The notes beneath the pieces were generated by a model. It ran no database searches. It saw nothing but the letters and a program-made list of their open reading frames with translations, and was not told where the DNA came from. 64,000 bases of DNA from Octopus vulgaris (Eukaryota): assembly GCA_951406725.2 (NCBI GenBank), contig OX597832.1, positions 2,356,001 to 2,420,000 on the forward strand, written 5' to 3'. Below, piece by piece: positions 50,701-63,861 of this stretch. The position numbers and the translations under genes are program-made. The first letter of the stretch is position 1. Every line of letters starts with the position of its first letter.

Positions 50701-53700
50701 ACTGTCCTTCACAGTTTTTATTTACAACTGTATCAACTGGGTCATTGAAACTTAGTTCGCAGCCACGATCATCATGACAATGGTTCAGTATGATGTGCTG
50801 AATAACACTTTTTAAACTAAGAACCAGCTAGGGAGTTCACCAGTGTATCTGCTTATGTAGTTTCACATTCTGGTAATACATCCAAACTGAATTCTGTCAT
50901 TCTTAATTCCATTTTGCTACTATACCTACAATTTCACTTGCTTTAATCCTATTATTCTTTTGTACTTTTTATAACTATATGTGTTGCTTTTGAAACCATT
51001 TCATTTCTTTTACACTGCTAATGTAAGTAAAAATATCAGTCTTTTAAGTTTCCTTCAAAATGGAGTTGTAATTACCTGTATTTTATGAAATATTGATTTG
51101 ATTTCATTATTTATTTAGCAGCTAATACATTTTCTTATTTTCTGTAACTTTTGTCTAATTTTGTTATTCAGTTGGGTTGCCAGAGTCTTTCATAAGTTCC
51201 CTAGAAAAGGTAAGTTCTGTGTATAAATTATGAACTAAGATGTTAATTTTAAAAAACAATTAACATTTATTTAACATCAAATGATGGCAAATATTTTCAT
51301 TTCAATTACAAAGAAATATATTATTAATTTTATAAATATTTTTCAAATACTTTTTATTGAATTTCTATTTTAAAATATCCTGTAGACATTTCATGAAATG
51401 AAAATAGATTTTAAAAATTTTAACTATTTTTACTCTGTAATATTATAATTTTTTTTTTAACAGACTGACGATGGCAAATACAAAGTAACCTTAAAATATC
51501 CACATTATTTTCCAATCATGAAAAAAGCACATAATCCTGAAACTCGAAAGAAATTGGATTATATTTTCCATTCACGGTAAATGAGTTTCTTGGTTTTTAA
51601 ATTTTCTTTGTAAGATAATATAGTAGCAAGTAAATCATTTGAATAAATTTTCTTAAATTAAGTTTAATGTTCCCTACCATCACACCACTCTCTATTATAT
51701 CAAGACATTTTCTATTTAACAAATCAAAAGATCAATACTTTTTAACTAACAAAATTTTTATCAGTTGCACAGTAGTTTGTTTGTTTCATGTGATAGCGTC
51801 TACTTCGGTCAGTACACTTATTTAAAGGAAAATGAATATACAGAGCTTAATATATGGCACCCAAAGAATAAAGTGTCTAAAATAAGCATAATAAATGTAG
51901 TTAATAAATCTTTGCAATTAGATTATTTGTATTAGAAAAATTATATTTGTTTTATTACCGCTGTCTTGTATTTTTAATTCCAGATGTATTAAAGAAAACG
52001 TTCCAATTCTTGAAGAAGTAGTCAAATTACGTCATGAGGTTAGTATAGTTATTAATAATATAATGGCAATTTTAAAGGTTTATAATATTTCATACATCAT
52101 TTTGATTTAGAATGCAGTTGAGATAATTGTTTAAAATGTATTTTGCATTGATCTGTATTGATTTTACTAAGGAAAACCAAAATTAAATAAATTCCTTTCA
52201 ATAACAGATTTAGAAAACTCAAATATTTGCTTGAATTATTTCAGTAATTGTAATGCAGCTTGTTACCTTTTCAGCCATGATAATGTAATGGTACTCCCCA
52301 ACCCACTTTCACTGGAATGATTGGAATAAGTAAAGAAAAATACGTTTTCTTTGAGGTTAGCTGAAGCATGAAAGGAATTGAGCAAAACTTTTTTCATCTA
52401 TAGTATACAGGCTACCTTGTTATGAGTTTTAAAAAATCTTTAAAGATTGAAGATCATCATCATCATCATCGTTTAACGTCTGCTTTCCATGCTGGCATGG
52501 GTTGGCCGGTTTGACTGAGGACTGGTGAGCCAGAGGCTGCACCAGGCTCAGTCTGATCTGGCAAAGTTTCTACAGCTGGATGCTCTTCCTAACGCAACCA
52601 CTCCGAGAGTGTAGTGAGTGCTTTTTATGTGTCACTAGCACGAGGGCCAGTCAGGCGGTTCTGGCAACGACCATGCTCACAAGGTGTTTTTACGTGCTAC
52701 CTGCACAGGAGCCAATCTGGTGGCACTGGCAGCAAGCACACTCACATGTTGTTTTTCATGTGCTAGTAAGGTGATGCTGGCAACGATCATGCTCGAATGG
52801 TGCTTTTCACGTGTGACTGGCACAGGAGCCAATCTGTGGCCTGGCAACGATCATGCTTGGATTTGCTTCTTTTAACGTTCCACTGGCATAAGTGCCAATT
52901 AGGCGGTACTGTCATCGGCCACGTCAGTGATTTTGATTTGTTTACACTTCCCTTAATAGGTCTTTGCAAGCAAAGTTCATTGTTTAATGAATACGGGGTA
53001 TTCATAAGTGGGCCAGTTACACCCCACATTTGGATGTGCTTTTAATGTTCCACTGGCACAAGTGCCAATCAGGCAGTACTGTCATCGGCCACGTCAGCAA
53101 TTTTGATTTTGATTGCCTCTATAGGTCTTCACAAGCAAGGTTTATTGTCCAATGTATGAGGGGTATTCATAAATGGGCTGGTTACACCCGCTGGCATAGG
53201 CCATAGGCTATGATCTCACTTGGCTTGTCAGGTCTTCTAAAGCACAGCATATCTCCAAAGGTCCCGGTCACTAGTCATTGCCTTGGTAAGGCCCAATGTT
53301 CAAAGGTTCTGCTTCACCACCTCATCCTAGGTCTTCCTGGGTCTACCTCTTCCACAGGTTCCCTCAACCGCTAGGGTGTGGCACTTTTTGACACACCTAT
53401 CTTCATCCATTCTCGCCACATGACCATACCAGCGTAGTCATCTCTCTTGCACACCACATCTGATGCTTCTTAAATCCAACTTTTCTCTCAGGGCACTTAC
53501 ACCCTGTCATGTATGCACACTGACATTACACATCCAGCGGAGCATACTGGCTTCATTTCTTGCAAGCTTACGCATGTCCTCAGCAGTCATGGCCCATGTT
53601 TCACTGCCATGTAGCATGGTTGTTCGCACACATACGTCATACAGTCTACCTTTTACTCTGAGTGAGAGGCCCTTTGTCACCAGCAGAGTTAGGAGCTTTG

Positions 53701-56700
53701 TTTCTTTTTCTTTCTTATTGTACAATTTGTTTTTCTGTGTTCTGCTAGATAGATCCCCCCCAAAAAAAGAATAAAACAAATCCACAGCTAGTTGTACTGA
53801 GAAGTGTAGGCAGTCCTTAAAGGATTGCTTACACTTAGGTTGTAAAGCAAAGATATGAAGTGTAATGGCAAAAGTTTTGTTTAAAACCTTGTGTACCTTG
53901 AGTCTAATAGTATGGACTTTGATTTGATTTGTTAAATATGATTGCTATCAGTGTATCATTTATTTTTGCAGCAAGCCAATCTGCTAGGCTATAAGACACA
54001 TGCTTCATGTGTCTTAGATATGAGAATGGCAAAAACCCCAGAAATTGTACAGAAATTTTATGCAGAACTATTGCCCAAACTGAAAATGATATATGAAAAA
54101 GAAATGAAATACTACTTGAAATACAAGAAGGAAATGGTAAATATGTATTAAGTTTTATGTAGACAGTGTTTCACAATTTACTTTTGAAATCTGTCATTGC
54201 TAATGAGAAATAAGTATCATATCTGAAGACTAAGCAACTTTTTAAAATACAATGCGTTTGTTACTTTTAGACCAGTTAAATACAAAAACAAACAACATGA
54301 AAAGATATAAGTAAGATTAGTATAGTTATAACCAGATTATAATTTTTCTATTTTATTTGAAGAAAAGTAGCTTGAATCAACCAGATGATGTTACAAGTTT
54401 AATGAAATATTTCTGGGATGGTTTTTATGTGTTTATATCAGGTTGTTTCACATGAAGTAGCCACTTAGAAATGAGTAAATAAAAAGTATTTAATCACTAT
54501 CTATTGATCAAAATATACTCCTTTAGCTAACAATGCACTTGGAGACTCCTTGATAAAATTATTGTCTTTTGAAGCTATAAATTGTTCAAATGCTTCTTTG
54601 TTTTCATACTTTTTGTCACAGATGAAAAGCTCAAAGGTGGCAAAATAAATGATAGTCTGTTGATAAATCTGGAGAATACGTAGGATGATCCAATATTTCA
54701 TAATTAGGCTGCTATGACTTTGCTTTGGTTTGATTTGTGAAATAGGATCTGATACTGTCTTGCAAGAGTAAAAGTCCTTGTCTATTAATCAATGCCAGAT
54801 GTTTCAGAGATAATTTGGAATTTGTTGACCCCCTCCCAATTTGCTGATAGAGAGTCAGATTTGAGATGTTACTGTTTCTCCTGGCTACAGAAATGAATAA
54901 CCAATGATTCCTTGACAATACCACCTGACAGCATCTAGCTGTTGCAAAGAATTTTTTACATTTTTTTGTCACATGTGATTATTCTTTTCAAAAATGGTTT
55001 TATTTCATGCAAAAATAACAGACTGTCAAATGCTGCATCTCCTTTGCAGTCTGTAGTTCATGAAGAACAACATTGTCCATCTTTTTCACTTTACTGATCA
55101 TTGTCCTATGGATGATTTTGAAACTTTAAAATCATTGACAAAAGCTCAAATAGTACTCTTAGAATTAGTGTTCACATTGTTTTAATGTTTCATCATTGAC
55201 CACTGATGGAGGGTGTCCACAGCACTCATTATTCAGGCACGTGTCTCCAGATTGAAATTAACCAAACTATCTTCTTGCAGTGCAGGTTCTCATCCTAAAT
55301 GCAACACATTTTTGACTGCTTGAGATGCATTTTTACTAAGTTTAAACTCACACAAAGGCAAAAGTTTGACTTCTTTTATGAATAGCATCTGTGAAAGCAA
55401 GGAAAGAACATTAAAACCCATATATAATCAGCAATAGATATAAGATTTTCTAAATCAGTGATGTCAGAAAAATGCATAGCAGGAGTTAATGCTTTAAAAT
55501 TTATTAGATATACATTCACAAAAATAAATTTTAGAAACCAGCCACATCATGGGGGACAGCCTAATATGGTTTCCTTTAATCCGTAAATGAGGGTGGATAT
55601 GGCTATAAATATTGATTTCCTTTGATTTAGCATAATGCCAGTATTTGTAGGTAGTAAAGTACAATCTATTTCTGACATTTTTTTTTATTGACTTTAGAAG
55701 AATAAAACATACAGTTGAAATAGCAAAATAGTGCAAAACATGAAATATGATTTATCACTTGTACCAAATATATCTTCCTTTAGCTTATAAATATTTATAT
55801 TGTTGTGAATATTCCAAAATATTAAAATAGATATTTATATTTCAATAGTGTGAGAAACACAACTTTGAATTTGATGGAAAGCTAAACATATATGATATGC
55901 GTTATTGCATGAATTTACTAGAGGAGAAAGATTTTGCTATTGATGAGGATAAACTTCGTGAATATTTCTCAGTGGAAATTGTTACTGAAGGCCTTCTGAG
56001 TATATACCAGGTAAGCTTATTTGTCACAATTTTTTGTTATATTAGTAATTTTACAGAAAATAGGGAAGTAGTGAATGGAGGACATGGATGGAGAAATGTT
56101 TGATAGTACATTAGATGGGGAGAAGGTAGAGGAGTGTAAGTGACAACTGATAGTACAGACAGAGGTAAGGAATAACAAAATAGTAATCCAGTGGACAGAG
56201 GAGGGATGAGAAAGAGAGCTGACATTGGGTAGGTTGCATGGGAGTGAGAAGAGAGGCAGATGTACTGGGGGAGAGTGAGAGTTGAGAAGGAGAGATAATT
56301 TGGTAGCACAGAAAGATGATCAGTGTAAAATGTCAATGGGGAGGGACATTATTAAAAATTAAAGGAGGAATGATGAGTGAAGTGGTTCTAGGAAGTGAGA
56401 AAGATCACTGGTATCACGGAAAAAGATGATGAAATATGCAGTGCTGCTCTCATTTAATTTTAGCATCAGACTATTGAGGCTATAAAGGCAATGAATAGAT
56501 CAGGGATAGATAGATGATGGGAAGTTGAGAGGGCTTAAGGAGGAAATTGGATGATGGGCACTGTTGTGTGTGTGTGTGTGTACCTGCGCATGCACAAACA
56601 CACACACACAAAAGCACACATTTCAGAATCAGTTTCACATTGTTGAGCACTGTTTATCTCCAGTCATTTTGGTCCTTTGTCATCTTTTCTATTAGGTTCA

Positions 56701-59700
56701 AAGTCCTTAGATCAACCTTCACTATTCCATGTTTTCTTGGACTTCCTTCTTCCACAAGTTCCAACCACTTTAAGTGATTGGCACTTCTTTATACATCTAT
56801 CCTCATTCATACACATCATGTCCATACCAATGCAGCTTTTATGCACACTACATTATGCAATACATTTATACACTGTCATTCATGCACAATTATGTTGCAC
56901 ATCTGACTGGGCATGCTGGTTTCATTTCTTTTTAATCTTTGCAAGTCCTCTGCATTCAAGGCCCATGTCTCACTACCATGTAGCATTGCTGTTCATACAC
57001 AAGCATCATGCAATCTGTCTTTTTCTTTGGGAGAGGAAGCTTTTGTTGCCAGCAGTGGCAACACCTATTTGAACTTTCTTGTCTGTTCTTATTCTAGCAA
57101 CTGTACTTTTAGAACATCTCTCTCTACTACTAATTTGAACACCTATGTAACAGAATCTATTTACTACCTCTAGGAATCTTCCTGGATTTTTGAGAAGGTC
57201 CTTTTAGTGCTTATTGCTTCTGATCATCTGCTATATACAAAGTCTACCTTCTCTGTCTTTGATACCACTGCATCACTTTTGTGTCTATAGTTTGCATTAG
57301 TTAAACTGTATAGAATTTCTACCTACTTCTTTTCTGTACATTGAGCAAGGCCATTTCTGTGATGGAAGCAGAAATTTGTTTTCTTCCTTGGTCATTGCTA
57401 AGTTGACTTTGAGACCCTTTGATTCTAGGCTTTGCTTCCATACCTGGAATTTCTTTTCTAATTCTACTACAGATTCAACTATAAGAACAAGAGCATCAGT
57501 ATACAGGAGTTCTCACAGGAGAACTCTGCAAACCAAGCCCTGATGAACTTCTATCTGGATACTAAACCTATCAGTATACATAGCTAATTCTCATCTTATT
57601 GACAGCATCCTTGTAGATGCTTGTAAAGTTCTCACAAGGATTTTATAGCCAAATGTTCTTCCTGTTGCCAACTCCTACCTATTTTTCAAGTAAGGAATAT
57701 TCTTATTCCAGAGGAATACAAAAGCACAAGTATTGGGTGATTTGTTGACAGAAAATGTCATCAAATATCACCATTTGTAGTTCAACTACAGATGATGACA
57801 TTTCCTACTATCACCTGGAAATAAGTGGAAGACAGTTGCCTAAGATGTGCCAAAGTGGGACTGAACCCCAAACTAACTGGTTGAGAAGTAAACTTTTTAA
57901 CTACACTGCTATGCCTCCACTTATTGTGCACTCTCAGAAGTACTATGACAAAAACATATCAAGCTCCTTGTGGAAATAGTTATACTTTTAGATTATTATT
58001 TATGACATTTTTTCAAAATTTATTGTATATGTCATTAACAATTTATATCTGAACTTTGAAAAATATAGTTTAGCATTTCAAAAACATTAGTATAATACTT
58101 AATAGGGAAAGGATTTGCTTTATGTTTTGAAGTGGTTTTTGCTCTTTGTCAATGCTGCTGACAAAAAAGTTATTGTAAATGCTTGGACGACAATATTTCT
58201 ACTTCTCTAAAGGTCATGTCACTGATTTGCCTGGCCTAAAATTCAGATTCTAATGCTATGTTAAAACCTAAGTTTCTTTCTTTCAATGATAATGCATTAA
58301 GAAAAAATTGAATCCACTTTACATTACCACACTATGCTATCTACTGATAAAGTAAAGTGGGTTGGATGACAGTATATTGAAAATAATATTCTCAAATAAT
58401 GGGATAATCATTCATAACAAATATGTTAACCCCTTAGCATTCAGATTACTTTTTCAAATGTAATACTTTTTTGCATTGTTTTGAATTGATCATGGTCTAT
58501 TTCATAGCATTGAGATTTTGATGATGTGATTGTTTATTTTTAACATGATGCTGTAGAGTAAGTGTAAGAGGCCAGATTAGGCTGGTTTGAACATGAAACA
58601 GATAAAATATTTTGGCCAGATATGGCCAGTTTAAATGCCAAAGGGTTAAAAAATGTTGATTGATCGGACATGTATTAAGAAGACTACTATCTGCTCTTTC
58701 TCACCCCACCAACCAGGCTACAATGCCTTATGTTGCAGGGAGCTTTTTGAGAGACATTTTACAAGTTCACGAGGATTTAACCAGGTGCTGTATTAAATTT
58801 AGTGAAGTTGTTGACTTGACATGGGTAGGGACAAGTTGCAAAAGTGGATTGGTCAGCATTAAGTACACAGTGTGGACTACCCTTAAAAGCATTTTGAAGA
58901 AGACTATTAGCTTTAACTGAGACTGAAGAAAGAATTAAGTGTACAGTCCAAATACATAATAAAACACTTTCACTGAATTCGAACTTGAATCATGGCCATT
59001 TTGTTTTTGTTTTATGGTGTGATGTTAAGTTCCTATAAAATTGATACAGTATCCCAATTTTGATTTCCATTTAGTCCTATTTCAAATCATTTACATTACT
59101 AATACCTTTCAGAAAGGCATGAATATCACTCTTAAATTCCCCTTCTTAAAACATGGATTCATTTGAATCTGTGTAAATGATTATAATCATCCTTTTAAAA
59201 CATTATTTTATTTCAGAATTTACTTGGGTTAACGTTTGCAAAAATAGAAAACCCACCTGTCTGGCATCCAGATGTCACAATGGTGAGTGCTGCTAAATAT
59301 GACAGTTCCAGTACCTGTTTGTTTATTCTTTCATTCTCTGTAATTTCTTTGAGACAGTTATGTTATAGTCTTTATGTTAATACAATTCTAAACCACCTTA
59401 CAATAGTAAACTGCAAGAAAATAATTCATTATAATCCTAAATATTACTGAGAAATTTAGAAAGAACCTTTAAATTTGATGTCATTTTTCCTTTATTAAAA
59501 AAAAAAAAACTATAGCCATTTAACAAAAAAAAAAATCTCAGATTAGACTCTTAGAATGTCATGAAGACTGATCTTATATCATTTGAGTAAGTAGAGTTTT
59601 GAGATTTAATAAATGGGTTTTGTGGTGATTTTTAAAAATTATTTAATTATAGCTAGAGCAAAGACATTATATATCTAACTAATGCATCCAACTTTCATGA

Positions 59701-62700
59701 AATTGATTTTACTTTGCTTTTCGTTTGAGCCATTGTTGAGAATCCCTTCTGAGAGAGTTATATAAATCAAACCAGAATTTCCAAGTTTCAGCTACCAGTG
59801 TTTTCACTTCAGTTGATACTGAGAATTTTAATTTCCACACCAAGCAATGTTTCAGTGCAACATTTGAATCTTGCCTCATTGGGAATATACAACACATTGG
59901 TAACTGCATCAAATAGATTCAGCTTGATTTTTCTAGTGCTCTGCATTCCTTTGTAGGAAAGAATCTTTCAATATCAAATTTTATAACACAAAGATGAGTC
60001 ATGATATTGTCAAATAGACTGCTGTAGTCTTCAAAATTTCCTCTTTCAAAACTGACTGAATTTAAGAAAAATTCAAGAGTTTGCTTTCTTGGCATTTCCT
60101 TCTCAAAAGCCTTATCAAAGTTTTGCTCATTGAAATGTGATAAATTCAGAGTGTTTAAGTGTTCAAATAATGGATCCATGTAATCATTCAGTGCTGTATT
60201 CCATTTTGAGCCATATTTGTAAGGTGATAATATCCTTACATAGTTCAGAAGGCTAAATCAGAACTTTCTCTTCTTAAAAACCACCGAAGTAGAGTGTAGC
60301 AACAAAGCTGTGTATTCAGTATAATTTTGTACCTAATTATTTTCATTGCTCTTGTTGCATAACTTTTTTTAATGTTTTATGAAAGCCTAATTATAATTCT
60401 GTTTTCAGTACAGTGTGACAGATACCGACAGTAATAAACTTTTGGGTTATTTCTACTTGGATTTATTTCCTCGAGAGGGAAAATACACTCATGCAGCTTG
60501 CTTTGGCCTACAGGTAAGGCTAGAACAGTCTATAATTCTTTTAATTTACCATAAGGAAAACTTCAGGATAGCTTTTAATTGTCATCATCATCATTTAATG
60601 TCCCTTTTCCATGATGGCCTGGATTGGATGGACAGGAGCTGCTTGGGCTCTGTCTGTTTTGGCATGACTTCTATGGCTAAATGCCCTTCCTAACACCAAC
60701 CACCTAACAGAGTGTACTGGGTGCTTTTATGTGGCACTGGTACCAGTGTTTTTTATGTGAAACCAGCATCCATGAGCCTGCAAGATTAGGAATGTTCAGC
60801 TGGAGAGGGATGGAGGGGACATGCCTGTATGCAAGGACAACCAGGATTTTACTTAGCTTGACATGTCTTCTCAAGCACAGCAAACCACCAGGAGTCTCAG
60901 TCTCCTGTCATCCCCTCTGTGAGACCCAACATGTGAAAATCCCTTCTCAACACTTCATCCCACGCCTACCCCTTCCACATGTTCCCTCCACAATTAAAGA
61001 CGACACCTCTTGATGCAACTGTCTTTATTCATATGCATTACATGACCATACCAGCGCAGTCTTTTCTCTTGCACACTACATCTGATGTCTCATATATCCA
61101 GTTTTTTTCTCGACTTATACTCTGTCATACATGCACACTGACATTACCCACCCAATGAAGCATACTAACTTTATCTCTTTCAAACCTTCACATATCCTCA
61201 GTAGTCACAACCCGTGTTTCGCTGCCATAGTTTTACTATAGAACAACTAAAGTGACAGTAGTTACAAAATTAGCATCATCACAGATTTTCTTAGCTTTTA
61301 ATGCACGATTTATTTAGGTCATTAGACTTTCCATCATCATCATCAAATCTCCATTTCCAATACTGGTATGGGTTGGACTGTTTGACAGGAATTGGCAAGC
61401 CAGAAGTGTTGCACCAGGCACTAATTGTCTGTTTTAGTATGATTTCTACAGCTGGATGCCTTTAATACATAGGACTTTTGTAGTATTAAATTGATAAGAG
61501 ACAGCAATCTTATGGTGATAGTCTAACTTCACTAAAATATCTGCTAAGTATTCTTTAGAACTAAGCGAACATAGACAAGTATCATAATAGTATTTTAGAT
61601 CCATAAAAAATGCCTATAGATGATTTGAGTCCATGAAGTGGTAATCTAATAACTTATCCATTTCATCATTTTTCTCTTTTATTAATGTTTCAACATGATT
61701 TAATACCAATATATTCATTTCTTTTATGCTTATAGCAAGGCTGTGACAATGCGAATGGTCAGCGCCAAATATCTGTGGCAGCTATGGTTGCCAACATTGT
61801 GAAACCAACTGCAGATAAGCCATCACTTTTATCTCATGAAGAGGTAAAAAATTTTTTTACACCATATCAAAATCTTTTACTTTCTTTTACCTGTTTCAGT
61901 CTTTCAACTACAGCCATGCTGGAGCACTGCCTTGATCTCTTTTAAAATAATGTAGTGGCAACATCAAGTATTATACAGAAAGAAGTCAATTGTTAGAATG
62001 AAAAATATCAGCTAAAACAAAAATACATTTTGTTTTTAATTTATTTCTCTGCTGACCTACTACCACTTTTCTCTTTAAACTTAGATATTTGTATATTGTT
62101 GGAGCAATTAGTACCTCACTAGGAAACTAACATTGTAATTAACCATTCATCTATAAAGTAGATGTTCATCATCATCCTACAAAGTCTGTTTTCCATGCTG
62201 GCATGGGTTGGACAGTTTGACTGGAAGTGGCCAATTTATTATTTTTCTTTGTTTTGTTATTTTTAGTTTTCGTGTTTGGGGATAATATCATTTTTCACAA
62301 TTTTTCATTAATTAGTCATGAATAAGTTTTTAATTTTTTTTTTTTTACAGGTCCAAACATATTTTCATGAATTTGGTCATGTGATGCACCAGATTTGCTC
62401 AGAAACAAAATATATACATTTTAGGTGAGCCTAAAATTCTTCAGTTTATAGGGCAAGTTTAGTTTCTATGAAAATTATAATTCTTTTATTCTTTTCCCTG
62501 TTTCAGTCAAATTGAACCAATAACTTATTTGAAATCTGGTACTTATTCTAAGGATTTCTTTTTGTTGAACTAAGTTATGAGGATGTAAATAATCTAACAC
62601 TAGTTAAATGGTAGAAATACAAGCATGCATGCATGTGTACACACATGTGCATATAAATACACACACACACACACACACACAAAGGCTTCTGTATAGATTT

Positions 62701-63445
62701 TTATCTTTCAAATTCTCTCAAGGTATTATTTGGTATGCAGTATGGGACTTGCTTAAGTGGGAATGACACTTGCTGACAGTGGGAATAAACCTGAAACTAG
62801 CTGATTGCAAAAAAACTTCTTAACCACTTAACCATATCTGTACCAGTAATGATTATTGTATTCCATTTCTAAGGTATCTAATTTAAAAAAAAAAATTCTT
62901 ACTTCTCTTTTGAAATCATTCAGAATTTATATACATCTTTTTAGGTAATATCAAAATGGGTCTTTAAATTTCTAAATTAAAGGCCCAAAAATCTAAATTT
63001 CTAGATTTTTTCTTGTGACTGAAGAAGCTATTTTGATTTGAAATTTGCAATTATTCTCTGATTATGGAGTAAGAGGTGGCTTATAATAGCTGAAATCTTT
63101 TCATGGGTTTATAATCTTAAATTGTCTGTCTGATGTTTCTTTGAAATACAATTCTTATATTTATGTTGAGTTTTTGTGATTTATTTAACAAATATTGCTT
63201 TATTTCATTTCAGTGGAACTAATGCTGAACGAGATTTCATTGAAGCTCCTTCCCAGATGTTGGAAAACTGGGTATGGGAAGAAGAGCCTCTTCGACTAAT
63301 GTCCAGACACTACCAAGATGGAAGTCCAATACCTGATGATATGATCCATAATTTGAAGAAGTCAAGAAAAGCAAATGCTGGTGTCTTTAACTTAAGACAA
63401 ATGTTGATTGGGCAGTTTGACCAGTGTATACATAAACAACCTCAG
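36909..63445 (+). CDS. THOP1: Thimet oligopeptidase/neurolysin-like M3A zinc metallopeptidase, spliced and 3'-incomplete: join(36909..37082,45946..46085,49056..49171,49923..50054,51172..51209,51464..51576,51984..52038,53972..54136,55849..56010,59217..59282,60409..60513,61736..61843,62351..62424,63214..63445); possible upstream start at 36576
   Basis: Spliced translation contains [78 protein letters not shown] (HExxH) and [17 protein letters not shown], all hallmarks of THOP1/NLN. An invertebrate gene is likely co-orthologous to both vertebrate genes. Confidence 0.95.
38505..38750 (+). mobile_element. CORE-type SINE, degenerate
   Basis: GGCGCAGATGTGGTTAAGACGTTTGCTTCCCAACCATATGG..GGAAACTGAAAG. 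Confidence 0.65.
39712..39932. mobile_element. piggyBac-type MITE
   Basis: TTAA-CCCTTTAG...CTAAAGGG-TTAA; second copy at 58430. Confidence 0.85.
41000..42913 (-). mobile_element. piggyBac (PGBD4-like) transposase pseudogene
   Basis: ORF 41447..41845 [49 protein letters not shown]; GDNFYTSP motif; end AAAGGG-TTAA at 42908-42917; other end not found. Confidence 0.85.
43705..44527 (+). mobile_element. Tc1/mariner-superfamily element remnant
   Basis: [33 protein letters not shown]-terminus; degenerate TA-flanked TIRs. Confidence 0.6.
45946..46085 (+). CDS. THOP1: THOP1-like exon 2 ([47 protein letters not shown])
   Basis: TGTAG/GTAAGT, 140 nt. Confidence 0.93.
47569..47960 (+). mobile_element. 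Near-full-length tRNA-derived CORE-type SINE with internal (TA)n and 3' tail
   Basis: GGCGCAGGAGTGGCTGTGTGGTAAG A-box, GGTTCAGTCCC B-box, ACCTTGGGCAAGT CORE motif; CpGs intact, so young. Confidence 0.85.
49056..49171 (+). CDS. THOP1: THOP1-like exon 3 ([38 protein letters not shown])
   Basis: TCTAG/GTAAGC, 116 nt. Confidence 0.93.
49388..49620 (+). mobile_element. Young tRNA-derived SINE (Meta-domain-like)
   Basis: GAGTTCAAATTCCGCCGAGG B-box; GCCTTTCATCCTTTCGGGGTCGATAAATTAAGTACCAG central domain. Confidence 0.85.
49923..50054 (+). CDS. THOP1: THOP1-like exon 4 ([44 protein letters not shown])
   Basis: AAG/GTGAGT, 132 nt. Confidence 0.92.
51172..51209 (+). CDS. THOP1: THOP1-like exon 5, 38-nt microexon ([13 protein letters not shown])
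   Basis: TTCAG/GTAAGT; matches THOP1 GLPEDFLNSLEK. Confidence 0.92.
51464..51576 (+). CDS. THOP1: THOP1-like exon 6 ([38 protein letters not shown])
   Basis: AACAG/GTAAAT, 113 nt. Confidence 0.94.
51984..52038 (+). CDS. THOP1: THOP1-like exon 7 ([18 protein letters not shown])
   Basis: TTCCAG/GTTAGT, 55 nt. Confidence 0.92.
52453..53700 (-). mobile_element. RTE LINE 3' portion with tandemly repeated 3' UTR
   Basis: [38 protein letters not shown]; ~55-60-bp subrepeats at 52600-52930; (GAT)n tail. Confidence 0.85.
53972..54136 (+). CDS. THOP1: THOP1-like exon 8 ([55 protein letters not shown])
   Basis: TTGCAG/GTAAAT, 165 nt. Confidence 0.93.
55849..56010 (+). CDS. THOP1: THOP1-like exon 9 ([54 protein letters not shown])
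   Basis: AATAG/GTAAGC, 162 nt. Confidence 0.94.
56640..57630 (-). mobile_element. Older RTE LINE remnant
   Basis: Similar to 53280-53700; GGCCCATGTCTCACTACCATGTAGCATT encodes MLHGSETWA on the minus strand. Confidence 0.7.
58430..58645. mobile_element. piggyBac-type MITE, same family as 39712
   Basis: TTAA-CCCCTTAGCATT...AATGCCAAAGGG-TTAA. Confidence 0.85.
59217..59282 (+). CDS. THOP1: THOP1-like exon 10 ([22 protein letters not shown])
   Basis: TTTCAG/GTGAGT, 66 nt. Confidence 0.93.
59700..60310 (-). mobile_element. Probable hAT (Buster-like) transposase remnant
   Basis: [16 protein letters not shown] resembles YLADIFEHLNxLNLSLQ; upstream LRWFLR resembles VRWLS. Confidence 0.5.
60409..60513 (+). 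CDS. THOP1: THOP1-like exon 11 ([35 protein letters not shown])
   Basis: TTTCAG/GTAAGG, 105 nt. Confidence 0.95.
60582..61230 (-). mobile_element. RTE LINE 3' portion
   Basis: Same family as 52453-53700. Confidence 0.75.
61736..61843 (+). CDS. THOP1: THOP1-like exon 12 ([36 protein letters not shown])
   Basis: TATAG/GTAAAA, 108 nt. Confidence 0.94.
62351..62424 (+). CDS. THOP1: THOP1-like exon 13 ([25 protein letters not shown]; HExxH)
   Basis: TTACAG/GTGAGC, 74 nt. Confidence 0.96.
63214..63445 (+). CDS. THOP1: THOP1-like exon 14 ([77 protein letters not shown])
   Basis: TTTCAG/GTGAAG, 232 nt; contains the third zinc ligand Glu (FIEAPSQ). Confidence 0.95.
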
Positions 63446-63861
63446 GTGAAGACCTACAATACTTGAAAATACTTTCTGAAACGGTTGACAAACTACCAAG
63501 GAATATTTTCACATTTTTACTCTATTTATCAATTGTTTTAAGAGATGAGCATTTCGGAGGAAATTTATAAGTTTAGTATTTTGCTTGTAACCATTTCATA
63601 GTAAAGTAAAATTTCCCATTTTCTTAAATTAATAATCAAAAATAGCTAGTCATCTACTGATACAGATCTATTTGCTTCACATTCAGTTACCAGTTTGTCA
63701 TACTAGCATGAGAGAAATAAAACATAAAAATTGTGGTAGCTGATTAATCACAAGGTCTCCACCCTCTATTTTATTTTAACTGCCTCAATCCTCTTTTGTT
63801 TTGGAGATAAGCTACCACATCTGTTATATTTAGTGTTCTAAACAGTTGCTCTCTTTTGTAA

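Noticed and set aside
52600-53150. CRISPR-like repeat array
   Set aside because: These are degenerate tandem subrepeats in an RTE 3' UTR, with no unique spacers and no cas genes, in eukaryotic DNA.
55195-55265. Second hammerhead-like motif (CTGATGGA...GAAA)
   Set aside because: The core deviates from CUGANGA and no convincing stems or cleavage triplet were found.
60521-61302. Long TSD around the RTE copy at 60582-61230 (TAGAACA...TAGCTTTTAAT on both sides)
   Set aside because: Only two short words match; too weak in AT-rich DNA.
7398-63445. U12-type or non-canonical introns and intronic C/D snoRNAs
   Set aside because: All identified introns are GT-AG without the GTATCCTT signature, and no convincing C/D box pair with a terminal stem was seen.
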